Below are positions 28,426 to 37,211 of a stretch of 64,000 bases of DNA, one piece after another. Position 1 is the stretch's first letter; every line of letters begins with the position of its first letter. This stretch comes from an uncultured bacterium (GTDB lineage: Bacteria > Desulfobacterota > Syntrophorhabdia > Syntrophorhabdales > JANXAF01). A program made the translations under genes and the position numbers. The stretch lies in contig CALKEQ010000001.1 of NCBI GenBank assembly GCA_938084905.1, forward strand, positions 106,974 to 170,973, in the 5' to 3' direction. Under the pieces are notes generated by a model. It did no database searches and was not told the origin of the DNA. It saw only the letters and a program-made list of their open reading frames with translations.

Positions 28426-28447
28426 GGGTGTCAATATTTTGACACCC
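28426..28447. promoter_or_regulatory. FleQ-type box within a 22-bp palindrome (possible dual terminator)
   Basis: GGGTGTCAA-TATT-TTGACACCC directly after the flrA stop and about 45 bp upstream of the sigma54 promoter. Confidence 0.7.
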
Positions 28448-28448
28448 A

Positions 28449-29882
28449 TTAGATCCCGAGTCTTTTCATCTTTTCTATGAGAGTTGTTCTGTTTATGTTT
28501 AAAACTTTAGCTGCCTTGCTTTTTACACCCTTTGCCTCGGAAAGTGCCCTCATGATAAGACTTTTTTCAAATTCACTTACCAGTGTGTCATAACCTTTAC
28601 GGAGATCAAATTCAAAGGTGGGCTTTTTTGGCTTTATAAGTTTCTCCGGTAAATCCTCAACCTCAATGATACCTTTTTTCTTTATCACCACAATTCTCTC
28701 TATTATGTTCTGTAACTCCCTTACGTTTCCCGGAAAATCATACTCCATAAGGACGTTCATGGCCTCTTCCGAGATTCCCTCGATCGCACCGTTATTGAGA
28801 CTGTTAGAAATCTTTAGGAAGTGGTTTATTAGAAGGGGGATGTCCTGTTTTCTTTCCCTAAGTGGAGGTATGTGTATTGGAACAACGTTCAATCTGTAGT
28901 AAAGGTCTTCCCTGAACTTCCCCTCTTTTACAAGCTCTTCTAAATTTCTGTGTGTGGCAGCTATTATGCGTACGTCCACTTTTATGGGCTTGTGACCACC
29001 AACTCTCTCGAACTCCTTCTCCTGTATTACCCTTAGGAGCTTAACCTGAAGACTCAAACTCATGTCTCCGATCTCGTCAAGAAAAACCGTCCCCCCATTT
29101 GCCACCTCAAAACGTCCAATCTTGGTGGAGAATGCTCCGGTAAATGCACCCTTTTCATAACCGAAAAGCTCACTCTCTAGCAGATTTTCCGGAATTGCCC
29201 CGCAGTTCACAACTACAAGTGGTTTATCTTTCCTCGATGAGTTGTAGTGGATGGCTCTTGCAACCAGTTCCTTTCCCACACCGCTTTCTCCTGTGATCAA
29301 CACAGTTGCATTAGTATCAGCAACCTTTTCAATCATCTCAAAGACTTTCTGCATTGGGAAGCTCATACCTATGATATTCTCAAATCTGTACTTTTCCTTT
29401 AGCTGGCTTCGGAGTATGAGGTTTTCTCTCAAGATTTTGCTGTCAGAAAATCTTCTCAGCAGGTTTGCCTTCTCCTTCAGTTCCCTTGTCACAAAAAGGT
29501 TCTTCATGAGCTTAGTGTAATATATGCCGAGATTTATCGTGTGTAGGATCTCATCAAATTTAAATGGCTTAACTATGTAGTCGAAAGCACCACACCTCAG
29601 AGCTGCTATTGCACTCTCCAGACTGCCATACCCGGTAATTACAACCGCTAAAGTGTCAATGAATTCTTTCTGAATAAAGTTGAGAAGCTGAAGACCATCC
29701 ACATTAGGCATGGCAAGATCTGTAATGAGAATGTCGTACTTTCCAGTTTTTAAGGCGGGAAGAGCGGACCTGCTGTCGCTGAAACAGTCTACCTCAAATC
29801 CGTGGTCCATAAAAAAATCCTTAAGCATCGCCAGAATGTCTTGCTCATCATCAACGATTATCAGCCTTCCCTCCCCCATCAT
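28449..29882 (-). CDS. sigma54-dependent master flagellar regulator, FlrA/FleQ-like, with intact receiver
   Basis: REC (IVDDE, TDLAMP, KP) + AAA+ (GAFTGA) + HTH ending [14 protein letters not shown], typical of FleQ/FlrA. Confidence 0.85.
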   Translation of the reverse strand: MMGEGRLIIVDDEQDILAMLKDFFMDHGFEVDCFSDSRSALPALKTGKYDILITDLAMPNVDGLQLLNFIQKEFIDTLAVVITGYGSLESAIAALRCGAFDYIVKPFKFDEILHTINLGIYYTKLMKNLFVTRELKEKANLLRRFSDSKILRENLILRSQLKEKYRFENIIGMSFPMQKVFEMIEKVADTNATVLITGESGVGKELVARAIHYNSSRKDKPLVVVNCGAIPENLLESELFGYEKGAFTGAFSTKIGRFEVANGGTVFLDEIGDMSLSLQVKLLRVIQEKEFERVGGHKPIKVDVRIIAATHRNLEELVKEGKFREDLYYRLNVVPIHIPPLRERKQDIPLLINHFLKISNSLNNGAIEGISEEAMNVLMEYDFPGNVRELQNIIERIVVIKKKGIIEVEDLPEKLIKPKKPTFEFDLRKGYDTLVSEFEKSLIMRALSEAKGVKSKAAKVLNINRTTLIEKMKRLGI

Positions 29883-30093
29883 CCTCCCTCCAGTCAATTA
29901 GAATTTTAAGTTCCTTGAAAAAATCCCTACATTTTTCAATGTTTAATCCGGAAGAGTCCTTCCCTTCTTTTGATATTTCGTAGACTACCTTGTCTTCGTG
30001 TCTCTCTATCCTCATTTCACTTTGAGAATGGACCATACGGGGAAAAAGGTATAAGATAGTACAAAGGATGAGAAAAAGGGTAGTTAAAACCAT
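29851..30093 (-). CDS. small exported or membrane-anchored hypothetical protein
   Basis: 80-aa ORF with hydrophobic N-terminus, overlapping the flrA start. Confidence 0.55.
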   Translation of the reverse strand: MVLTTLFLILCTILYLFPRMVHSQSEMRIERHEDKVVYEISKEGKDSSGLNIEKCRDFFKELKILIDWREDDGGGKADNR

Positions 30094-30133
30094 TGACGAG
30101 CCCTTTTAGGCTCTCTATACACCAAAAAATATC

Positions 30134-30155
30134 CCCTGTCAATCTTTTGACAGGG
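30134..30155. promoter_or_regulatory. FleQ-type box / terminator-like hairpin / sigma70 -35 composite
   Basis: CCCTGTCAA-TCTT-TTGACAGGG followed on the minus strand by GATATTTTTT; minus strand also reads TTGACA-N17-TATAGA. Confidence 0.7.
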
Positions 30156-30183
30156 ACATAACCTTTTCCTTTACCTTATGATT

Positions 30184-30198
30184 GCATATTACGTGCCA
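30184..30198 (-). promoter_or_regulatory. sigma54 promoter immediately downstream of cheX
   Basis: Minus strand TGGCACGTAATATGC (GG-N10-GC). Confidence 0.75.
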
Positions 30199-30201
30199 GA
30201 A

Positions 30202-30678
30202 CTAATCCTCGAAGGAAAAGTCCAGGTACATCACCTCCTCGCTTCCGCCATTAACGGAGAAGTAAAAAGGCAGAGAGACAATGGGTAAGGTGGTTATGAA
30301 GTTCATTTCCACATCGTTTCCCACTACGACCATTGGAATTGCCGCCTTAAGGTGCAGATTTTGCCTTTCAAACTCCTTTCTCGCCTGACCTGAAATTATA
30401 TTTGTGAGCTCACCTATAGCATCTATCACATCTTCGTTTATCTCCTGGCATCCATCACCCATAAGGGTGTTGTAGATAAACAATGCTCCATTTTTCCTGA
30501 AGCTTATACATAGGGTACCTCTCTGATCACCAGCAAGCCCCATAATCCCAGTTACATCTCCGCTGGTCCTCCTTGTCTGTTTAAGAATAGGTTTTCCCAT
30601 TTTCACATTTATACCTAGCATGGTCCTGAAGACCACCTGTGTCGCAACAATAAAGGGATTCATGTACCTCACATCCAT
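30202..30678 (-). CDS. cheX: chemotaxis phosphatase CheX
   Basis: NPFIVAT, GDVTGIMGLAG, DAIGELTNIISG. Confidence 0.95.
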   Translation of the reverse strand: MDVRYMNPFIVATQVVFRTMLGINVKMGKPILKQTRRTSGDVTGIMGLAGDQRGTLCISFRKNGALFIYNTLMGDGCQEINEDVIDAIGELTNIISGQARKEFERQNLHLKAAIPMVVVGNDVEMNFITTLPIVSLPFYFSVNGGSEEVMYLDFSFED

Positions 30679-30690
30679 AACCGAACCTCC

Positions 30691-31068
30691 TTAAGATTGC
30701 ACAACTTTTGCCTTTGCCTTTTCTATGGCTTCTTTCAATTTTTCCGGAGTAAATGGTTTTACTATGTAGTTGTCTACGCCCAACTTTATTGCTTCAATTA
30801 CGCTAGATTTTTGTGCTTCTGCTGTGACCATTATGAAGGGTATTTTTTTCATATTCTCATCGCTTTTACACGCCTTTAAGAATTCTATTCCCGTCATTTC
30901 CGGCATTATCCAGTCACTGATTATGAGGTCTATCTTTTCACTCCGTAGAATCTCTAAGGCCTGCTTACCGTTTTCCGCCTCAGTCACTGTATCAATGTCT
31001 ATCTGCTTCAAAAGGTTCTTGATGATTTTTCTCATTGTCGCAAAATCGTCCACAACAAGTACCCTCAT
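30691..31068 (-). CDS. cheY: chemotaxis response regulator CheY
   Basis: VVDDFATMRKI, SDWIMPEMTG, MVTAEA, YIVKPF. Confidence 0.95.
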   Translation of the reverse strand: MRVLVVDDFATMRKIIKNLLKQIDIDTVTEAENGKQALEILRSEKIDLIISDWIMPEMTGIEFLKACKSDENMKKIPFIMVTAEAQKSSVIEAIKLGVDNYIVKPFTPEKLKEAIEKAKAKVVQS

Positions 31069-31082
31069 GGATTACCTCCCAT

Positions 31083-32690
31083 TTACTCTTCTAATCTGAA
31101 GAATTTCATTTCTTTCTCCAGTAGGCCAGCCAAATTTACCAGCTTTTCAACCTGGGCAGAACTTTTTTCGAACGAGCCCGATGCACCTTTTATTGCATTC
31201 TGAACATCGGTTATTGAATTTGTTATTTCAAGAACACTTGTTGATTGCTCTTCCGAGGCAACGGCAACGTGGTTTATCTGCGTCAAAACTGCCTCTGATT
31301 CTTTCAATATCTCTTCAAGGGTATTTTTTGCCTCAGTCACAATGCTGAACGCGTGGTTTACTCCCTCAAGGTTTCTGTTTATGAGGTTTGATGCGTTTTC
31401 CATTTCCCTTTTCACGTTCTTTATGGAATCGGTTATGTCCTTGGTTGCCTTAATCGTCCTTTCAGCAAGAGATCTTACCTCATCCGCAACAACGGCAAAT
31501 CCCCTACCATGTTCTCCAGCTCTTGCCGCCTCTATTGCCGCATTAAGTGCTAGAAGATTGGTCTGGTCAGCAATATCCTCTATGAGTGCGACGATGTTCT
31601 CTATGAAAACTGAACTTTCCGACAGCTTTTTCATCACGTGAGCCGTCTCATCTGCCACTTTATGGGTCTGTTCCATGGCGTCCGCAATCCGGTTCATAAT
31701 GTCAAATCCCTTTTTTGCAACCTCTTTGGAGTGTTCTGCACTTTTAACCACTTTAAGACAGTTCTGGGCAATCTCATTTGCCGTCTGAGCCAACTCTTCA
31801 GAGGCAGTTGCCACGGAAGCGATCTTATCTGTAGCTTTTTCTACAGTATCCTTCATGTTCAGTTCCATATCTTTCATCATTTTTGCCACATCCACAATCT
31901 GCTCATTACCCCTCTTTAGGTTTCCTATTATGTTCTGCATCTTCTCTATGAAGATGTTTAGCTTTTCGCCAATCTGGCCAATTTCATCATCTGAATTGAG
32001 CCTCACTTTTTGAGAGATGTCTCCAGAGGAGATCCTATCTATTGCGCTCAAGGAGCTATTTATGGCTGTGTACAACCTTCTTGAATAAAAGGTGCTTATA
32101 CCCATAGACAGGGCAATTGCCAAAGGAATAATTACAATGTAGACAAAAAGAGCGTTCCTCGTTCCTTTTACAATTGCGGGAGAAAACTTGGAGAATTCCT
32201 TGGCCTCCTCCTTCATAATCACGGCAAGTTCACTCTTAATCTTGTTAAGATTAGACTCAATATTCGGAATTATGACGCTCAATTTATCAGGATCAAATTG
32301 GGATTCAAAAACAGGGATAATATTCTGGGCCTGTTCCAAAAGTCTCTTTAATCCACTCTTTTCCTCTTCCTTCTTCATCTCATCGATAGCCTTACTGGCA
32401 TAATTTACGAATTCGTTTATTTCTTTCTTTATACTTTCTGTCCCGCTTTTTACGAGGCTTGGGTCCCTTGTGGAGGTAAGGCTACTAAGGTAGATCCCAG
32501 CCTTGTCAATAGATTCTATCATGGCAGAGACTGAATCCATCCTGCTACTTATCCTATTTAACTCATCCACTTTTACCTTTCTGGAGAGTCCTTCATATAT
32601 CGTGTAGCCGCTTATGAGAAGCATAAACCCGATACATATGGCGATTGGTAATTGCATTCTCGTCTTAAGCTTAAAGCTAAGTCTCCTCAT
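31083..32690 (-). CDS. methyl-accepting chemotaxis protein
   Basis: Two TM segments, HAMP (DEIGQ), [34 protein letters not shown]. Confidence 0.97.
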   Translation of the reverse strand: MRRLSFKLKTRMQLPIAICIGFMLLISGYTIYEGLSRKVKVDELNRISSRMDSVSAMIESIDKAGIYLSSLTSTRDPSLVKSGTESIKKEINEFVNYASKAIDEMKKEEEKSGLKRLLEQAQNIIPVFESQFDPDKLSVIIPNIESNLNKIKSELAVIMKEEAKEFSKFSPAIVKGTRNALFVYIVIIPLAIALSMGISTFYSRRLYTAINSSLSAIDRISSGDISQKVRLNSDDEIGQIGEKLNIFIEKMQNIIGNLKRGNEQIVDVAKMMKDMELNMKDTVEKATDKIASVATASEELAQTANEIAQNCLKVVKSAEHSKEVAKKGFDIMNRIADAMEQTHKVADETAHVMKKLSESSVFIENIVALIEDIADQTNLLALNAAIEAARAGEHGRGFAVVADEVRSLAERTIKATKDITDSIKNVKREMENASNLINRNLEGVNHAFSIVTEAKNTLEEILKESEAVLTQINHVAVASEEQSTSVLEITNSITDVQNAIKGASGSFEKSSAQVEKLVNLAGLLEKEMKFFRLEE

Positions 32691-32717
32691 GACTTGCCCT
32701 CCTTTTTTTCATAATCT

Positions 32718-32744
32718 TTATCGCTCCTTTACCTGAAAACTTAA
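32718..32744 (-). promoter_or_regulatory. sigma28 promoter for MCP-cheY-cheX
   Basis: Minus strand TTAAGTTT-N11-AGCGATAA; identical -35 and spacing to the two other sigma28 promoters. Confidence 0.75.
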
Positions 32745-32809
32745 GCCCAAGGGTTAAGTGAAAAAGCTATTGGCTATTGATTTTCAGCATCCTTTATTTT
32801 ATAAATAGC

Positions 32810-32827
32810 TTGTGCAAAAAATAACAA
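32810..32827. promoter_or_regulatory. candidate Rex operator
   Basis: TTGTGCAAAAAATAACAA (18 bp, resembles TTGTGAA-N4-TTCACAA) just downstream of TTGATT-N17-TATAAA. Confidence 0.5.
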
Positions 32828-32847
32828 AGTGAGAAGGAGGCTCTGTC

Positions 32848-34842
32848 ATGGAGGCATCAAGGGAAATATTCTTCAATGTGGGGCAATCCGCAAGATATAT
32901 CACATACGGATTTATGGTTTTGACCTTCCTTATACTCGGATACGGGCTTTTCAGACGGTACAAGATGTGGATGATAGGAAGAAAGTCTTCTTTTAACTTT
33001 AGAAAAAGGCTTTCCGAGAGAATAGCCTACCTAATAAAAAATGGGGTATTTCATGGCACAATTCTTAGAGAACCCTATCCTGGGATCATGCACCTTTTTT
33101 TGTTCTGGGGGTTCCTTATTCTCGCAATTGGCACCCTTATTGTTGCCATCCAAGACGATATTTTGAGGCCCCTATTTAACAAAAACATTTTAAAGGGAAA
33201 CTTTTACATCTCTTTCTCCTTTGTCCTTGAGCTGGCTGGAATTCTGGCAGTTCTTGGCACCTTGCTCGCACTTTACAGAAGGTACATAAATAGGCCAGAA
33301 AGATTGGACAGTAAAAAAGACGATCTTCTCTCCCTTGTCTTTATCCTTGCAGTACTTTTGACCGGGTTTATGGTTGAGGCTTTAAGGATAGCAGTAGACT
33401 ATCCACAGCATGAGGTATGGAGCTTTGTTGGCTGGACTTTAGCAAAGATTTTTAAGAAAGTGGAAAAGGATGCTGTTAGGTCTCTCCACGCCTTCTTTTG
33501 GTACCTTCACATGTTTCTCTCATTCGGGCTTATAGCTTATGTAGCCTATTCCAAGCTCCTTCACATAATAACCTCATCGATAAACATGATGATAAGGGGG
33601 GTGGAGGATAATCCAAAAGGCGCCATAGAGCCCATCCCTGACTTTGAGACTGCTGAGGAGTTCGGCGTAAACAAAATAGAGGGTTTCACGAGAAACCAAA
33701 TTTTCGATATGGACGCATGTACCAGATGCGGTAGGTGTCAGGACGTGTGCCCCGCATATGCAAGTGAGAAGCCCCTCTCTCCGAAAAAGTTCATTCAGGA
33801 TCTTAAAAACGAATGGGAAAGGGTGGCAAAAGGCTTAAAAAACGGAGAAGGAATAATAGGCAGTGTTATTTCGGAAGAGACCATATGGTCTTGTACAGCA
33901 TGCCTCGCCTGCCAGGTAAACTGTCCAATATCGATCCCCACATTTGACAAGAACATAGAACTTAGGAGGTACCTTACCCTCACTTTAAGTAAAACAACAC
34001 CTGAGATCAGACTCCTCTTTAAAAACTTACAGCAGAAGTATGACCCATACGGAATGGGAAAAAGACAACGAACAGAGTGGACCGCGGACCTCAATGTGAA
34101 GAATGCACAGGAGGAAGAGATCGAATACCTTTACTGGGTAGGTTGTGTGGCCTCCTTAGATGATCGTAACAGAAAGGTCGCAAAGGCATTTGTGAATATC
34201 TTAAACAAAGCGGAGGTTTCATTTGGAATATTGGGACAGGAGGAGATGTGTTGCGGAGATCCGGCAAGGAGGTGTGGAAACGAAGACCTCTACCTCGGGA
34301 TCGCTCAGGGAAATGTGGAACTACTAAAGGAACTGGGAATAAAGAAAATATTGACCACTTGTCCCCACTGCTACAACACTTTAAAGAACGAGTACCCTCA
34401 AATAGGTGGTCAGTTTGAAGTTTACCATCAGTCTGAATTCATTTGGAAACTCATAAAGGAAGGAAGGATTCAAATTTCAAACTTTCTCGATGAAAGGACA
34501 ACTTACCATGATCCATGTTATCTAGGAAGGGCAAATAGAATCTACGATCCTCCTCGGGAGGTGATCAAAACCCTTACAAAGGGTAATTTCGTAGAAATGG
34601 AGAGGCACCACGACAGAAGCTTCTGTTGCGGTGGCGGTGGAGGTAGAATATGGATGGAGGAGCACCACAAAAGGATAAACCATATAAGAATAGAGGATGC
34701 GAAAAGGACGGAGGCAAAAACTTTAGTAACAGGATGCCCCTATTGTCTTATAATGATGGAAGATGCTGTAAAAGACAAGGAACTGAGCGATCTACTGAGA
34801 GTTGTGGACATTTCAGAACTTGTCTGGTCCTCAATTTCTTAA
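32848..34842 (+). CDS. membrane Fe-S oxidoreductase (NarI-like heme b domain + 2x4Fe-4S + 2 CCG domains; EMO/HdrF/DUF224-like)
   Basis: TM region with His ligands, CTRCGRCQDVCP, CTACLACQVNCP, CCG and YHDPC, SFCCGGGGG. Confidence 0.9.
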   Translation: MEASREIFFNVGQSARYITYGFMVLTFLILGYGLFRRYKMWMIGRKSSFNFRKRLSERIAYLIKNGVFHGTILREPYPGIMHLFLFWGFLILAIGTLIVAIQDDILRPLFNKNILKGNFYISFSFVLELAGILAVLGTLLALYRRYINRPERLDSKKDDLLSLVFILAVLLTGFMVEALRIAVDYPQHEVWSFVGWTLAKIFKKVEKDAVRSLHAFFWYLHMFLSFGLIAYVAYSKLLHIITSSINMMIRGVEDNPKGAIEPIPDFETAEEFGVNKIEGFTRNQIFDMDACTRCGRCQDVCPAYASEKPLSPKKFIQDLKNEWERVAKGLKNGEGIIGSVISEETIWSCTACLACQVNCPISIPTFDKNIELRRYLTLTLSKTTPEIRLLFKNLQQKYDPYGMGKRQRTEWTADLNVKNAQEEEIEYLYWVGCVASLDDRNRKVAKAFVNILNKAEVSFGILGQEEMCCGDPARRCGNEDLYLGIAQGNVELLKELGIKKILTTCPHCYNTLKNEYPQIGGQFEVYHQSEFIWKLIKEGRIQISNFLDERTTYHDPCYLGRANRIYDPPREVIKTLTKGNFVEMERHHDRSFCCGGGGGRIWMEEHHKRINHIRIEDAKRTEAKTLVTGCPYCLIMMEDAVKDKELSDLLRVVDISELVWSSIS

Positions 34843-34854
34843 AACTTGGAGGAT

Positions 34855-34897
34855 AAATATAAAAGGATGGGGCAACCCATCCTTTTATATTTTTTTT
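34855..34897. terminator. bidirectional intrinsic terminator
   Basis: 17-bp perfect stem AAATATAAAAGGATGGG-GCAA-CCCATCCTTTTATATTT plus T run, between convergent genes. Confidence 0.9.
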
Positions 34898-34904
34898 GAT
34901 TTCT

Positions 34905-35078
34905 TCAATCTTCAAGGGTGATTGCCTCCACAGGGCACTCTTCAGTGCATGCACCGCATTCGGTGCAAAGTTCCGGGTCTACCTTTGCCACATCATTTAC
35001 AGTTATTGCCTCGGCAGGGCAGACCTCTGCACACGCGCCACATCCCGTGCAGGTTTCCTCGTCAACTCTAGCTGGCAT
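34905..35078 (-). CDS. 2[4Fe-4S] ferredoxin, 57 aa (not in ORF track)
   Basis: MPARVDEETCTGCGACAEVCPAEAITVNDVAKVDPELCTECGACTEECPVEAITLED; two CxxCxxCxxxCP motifs; GGAGG SD. Confidence 0.96.
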   Translation of the reverse strand: MPARVDEETCTGCGACAEVCPAEAITVNDVAKVDPELCTECGACTEECPVEAITLED

Positions 35079-35191
35079 CTTTCTACCTCCTTTTGAGTTT
35101 TTAAAATTTACTAAACGAATAGAGTGGGAATGTCAACAGAAAATCGAGTTGACTTGAAAGGGATTTTGTACTATATAAAACTAATAGTAGG

Positions 35192-35263
<72 letters not shown>

Positions 35264-35268
35264 CTTAT

Positions 35269-35340
35269 GGCGGCATAGCCAAGCGGTAAGGCAGCGGTCT
35301 GCAAAACCGTTATTCTCCGGTTCAAATCCGGATGCCGCCT
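35269..35340 (+). tRNA. tRNA-Cys(GCA)
   Basis: GGCGGCA/TGCCGCC acceptor, CTGCAAA anticodon loop, GGTTCAAATCC; CCA not encoded. Confidence 0.96.
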
Positions 35341-35344
35341 TTAC

Positions 35345-36166
35345 TTAAGGTTTTTCAGCAACAAAAGCAATCCAGGATCTTAAGCTTTTTTCTTCGATTA
35401 TCCTCATTTTTTCTGCAAGGGAAAGAAAGATCTTCTTCTCACTTTTCTTAATCCCCGATGCGAGAAGTTTTCCCCTCCTCTTTAGTAACCCCAAAATACT
35501 TGCCATGTGCTTACTGAATATGGATATCTCTAGATTGGCAAGGACTATATCGAATTTCCCTTTAGTTTCAGAAATGTCCCTTTTCTCAACCTTCACGTTT
35601 TTTATCCCGTTTAGAATGAGGTTCTTCTTTGCCGATGAACATGCCTCCTCATCATTGTCAATTGCCAGCACCTTTTTTGCTCCAAGAGTGGATGCGTAAA
35701 TTGACAGAATTCCTGAACCACATCCAAGATCTACGACTTTCTTGGAATTAAAATCTATTCCTCCCATGATTAGGATCATTAACTTTGTGCTCTCATGCCT
35801 TCCCGTACCAAAGGCCGCCCCAGGCTCTATCGTCAAGTAAGTTCGATTAGGTACCTTTCTGTTCCAAGGAGCTACTATGTATATTTGGCCAATCCTTATA
35901 GGCCTGAAAAATCTCTTAAAAAGGGACTCGTAGTCTAAGATGGGTTCTTGCTCTATATAGAAGTTGAGCATTTCTGTTTTCTCCTTAAGTACGGAAAGGA
36001 GAAAAGAAGGCTCATTTGTGTAAAAAATCACTCTCTTAACATCTCCCTCTCCCTCTATCCACAGGCCACAATTCGCCGCTAAATATACCTCTTCCGGTAG
36101 GAGTTCCTCTTGTCCGCTTCTAAAAAATGCGGTTAATTTCCAGATCTTCTTACTCTCCACATTCAT
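35345..36166 (-). CDS. prmA: ribosomal protein L11 methyltransferase
   Basis: IEPGAAFGTGRHEST, DLGCGSGILS, ANL; start uncertain. Confidence 0.92.
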   Translation of the reverse strand: MNVESKKIWKLTAFFRSGQEELLPEEVYLAANCGLWIEGEGDVKRVIFYTNEPSFLLSVLKEKTEMLNFYIEQEPILDYESLFKRFFRPIRIGQIYIVAPWNRKVPNRTYLTIEPGAAFGTGRHESTKLMILIMGGIDFNSKKVVDLGCGSGILSIYASTLGAKKVLAIDNDEEACSSAKKNLILNGIKNVKVEKRDISETKGKFDIVLANLEISIFSKHMASILGLLKRRGKLLASGIKKSEKKIFLSLAEKMRIIEEKSLRSWIAFVAEKP

Positions 36167-36272
36167 ATGATATGACTTTTCCGATCCTTTTTCCAAAAGG
36201 GGATTACGCTCTAGCTTTACAATTTCCGGCCTTTATGTAAAAATTTGACTCAAACTCCTTTGGAGGAAGTCA

Positions 36273-37211
36273 ATGGGAGAGAAATACGAAGCCATAATCA
36301 TAGGAGGCGGGCCCGCCGGTCTTACAGCTGGAATATACCTAACCAGAGAGAGAGTAAAGGCCCTTTTACTGGAAAAGATGGTACCTGGGGGTACGCCTCT
36401 AAACGCCGTAAGAATAGAAAATTACCCAGGATTTCCTTCTACCATTTCGGGAAGGGAGCTCATGGACAGATTCGTTTCTCAGGCGAAAGGCAATGGACTT
36501 GAGATAGTGGAATTCCAGGAAGTAATAGGTGTGAAGAAGGAGGGAGACCTTTTTACCGTTGAGACGGCGGAAGGGTTTTATGAGACCTATGGCCTAATTG
36601 TGGCAGTAGGTACAATCCCTCTAAGACTTGGAATCCCAGGAGAAGAGGAGTACGTGGGAAGAGGAGTATCCTTTTGCGCAACATGCGATGGACCCTTTTT
36701 CAAGGATGGGGTTGTAGCTGTTATAGGTGGTGGAGACAGTGCCTTTGAAGAGGCTCTATTTCTGGCAAATATGGCAAAGAGTGTCTACATTATCCACAGA
36801 CGCGACGCTTTTAAAGCTCAGAAGGTACTTCAAGAGAGAGCTTCAAAAAACGAAAGGATAAGCTTTTTCCTAAACAGAAGACCAGTTGAGATAAGAGGGA
36901 AGGAATATGTTAAAGAGTTAGTTCTTGAGAACGTAAAAACAGGGGAGAGAGAAATCGTAAATGTTGACGGAGTCTTTGTGTATGTTGGATCTAAGCCTGC
37001 CACTTCCTTCCTCGGAGAACTCATAGAAAGGGATGAAAACGGCTTCATATTGACAGATGAGAATATGTCCACGAAAACAGAGGGTCTTTACGCAGCAGGG
37101 GATGTGAGAAAAAAGACTCTAAGGCAGATTTCAACAGCTGTGGCTGACGGCGCTCTTGCGGCTTTTAGCCTTACCAAGTATCTTTTGGAAATGAAAATTC
37201 ATCGGCCATGA
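36273..37211 (+). CDS. trxB: thioredoxin-disulfide reductase
   Basis: GGGPAG, GRGVSFCATCDG, GGGDSA, HRRD, AAGDV. Confidence 0.96.
   Translation: MGEKYEAIIIGGGPAGLTAGIYLTRERVKALLLEKMVPGGTPLNAVRIENYPGFPSTISGRELMDRFVSQAKGNGLEIVEFQEVIGVKKEGDLFTVETAEGFYETYGLIVAVGTIPLRLGIPGEEEYVGRGVSFCATCDGPFFKDGVVAVIGGGDSAFEEALFLANMAKSVYIIHRRDAFKAQKVLQERASKNERISFFLNRRPVEIRGKEYVKELVLENVKTGEREIVNVDGVFVYVGSKPATSFLGELIERDENGFILTDENMSTKTEGLYAAGDVRKKTLRQISTAVADGALAAFSLTKYLLEMKIHRP

Noticed and set aside
16303-30155. Recurrent GTCAA/TTGAC palindromes as CRISPR, REP or IS-end repeats
   Set aside because: Only three dispersed copies with different flanks, each next to a sigma54 promoter; no spacers, cas genes or transposase.
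11321-32690. Missing motAB, flgFGHIKL, flgM, fliC and fliD in the flagellar cluster
   Set aside because: Split flagellar clusters are common and these genes may lie outside the window; absence cannot be claimed.
35132-35154. GTCAAC-N10-GTTGAC palindrome upstream of the tRNAs
   Set aside because: Explained by back-to-back -35 hexamers (TTGACA and TTGACT) of the divergent ferredoxin and tRNA promoters; spacing differs from the FleQ-type box.
34896-35157. Plus-strand ORFs 34896-35096 and 34918-35157
   Set aside because: Shadows of the real minus-strand ferredoxin gene.
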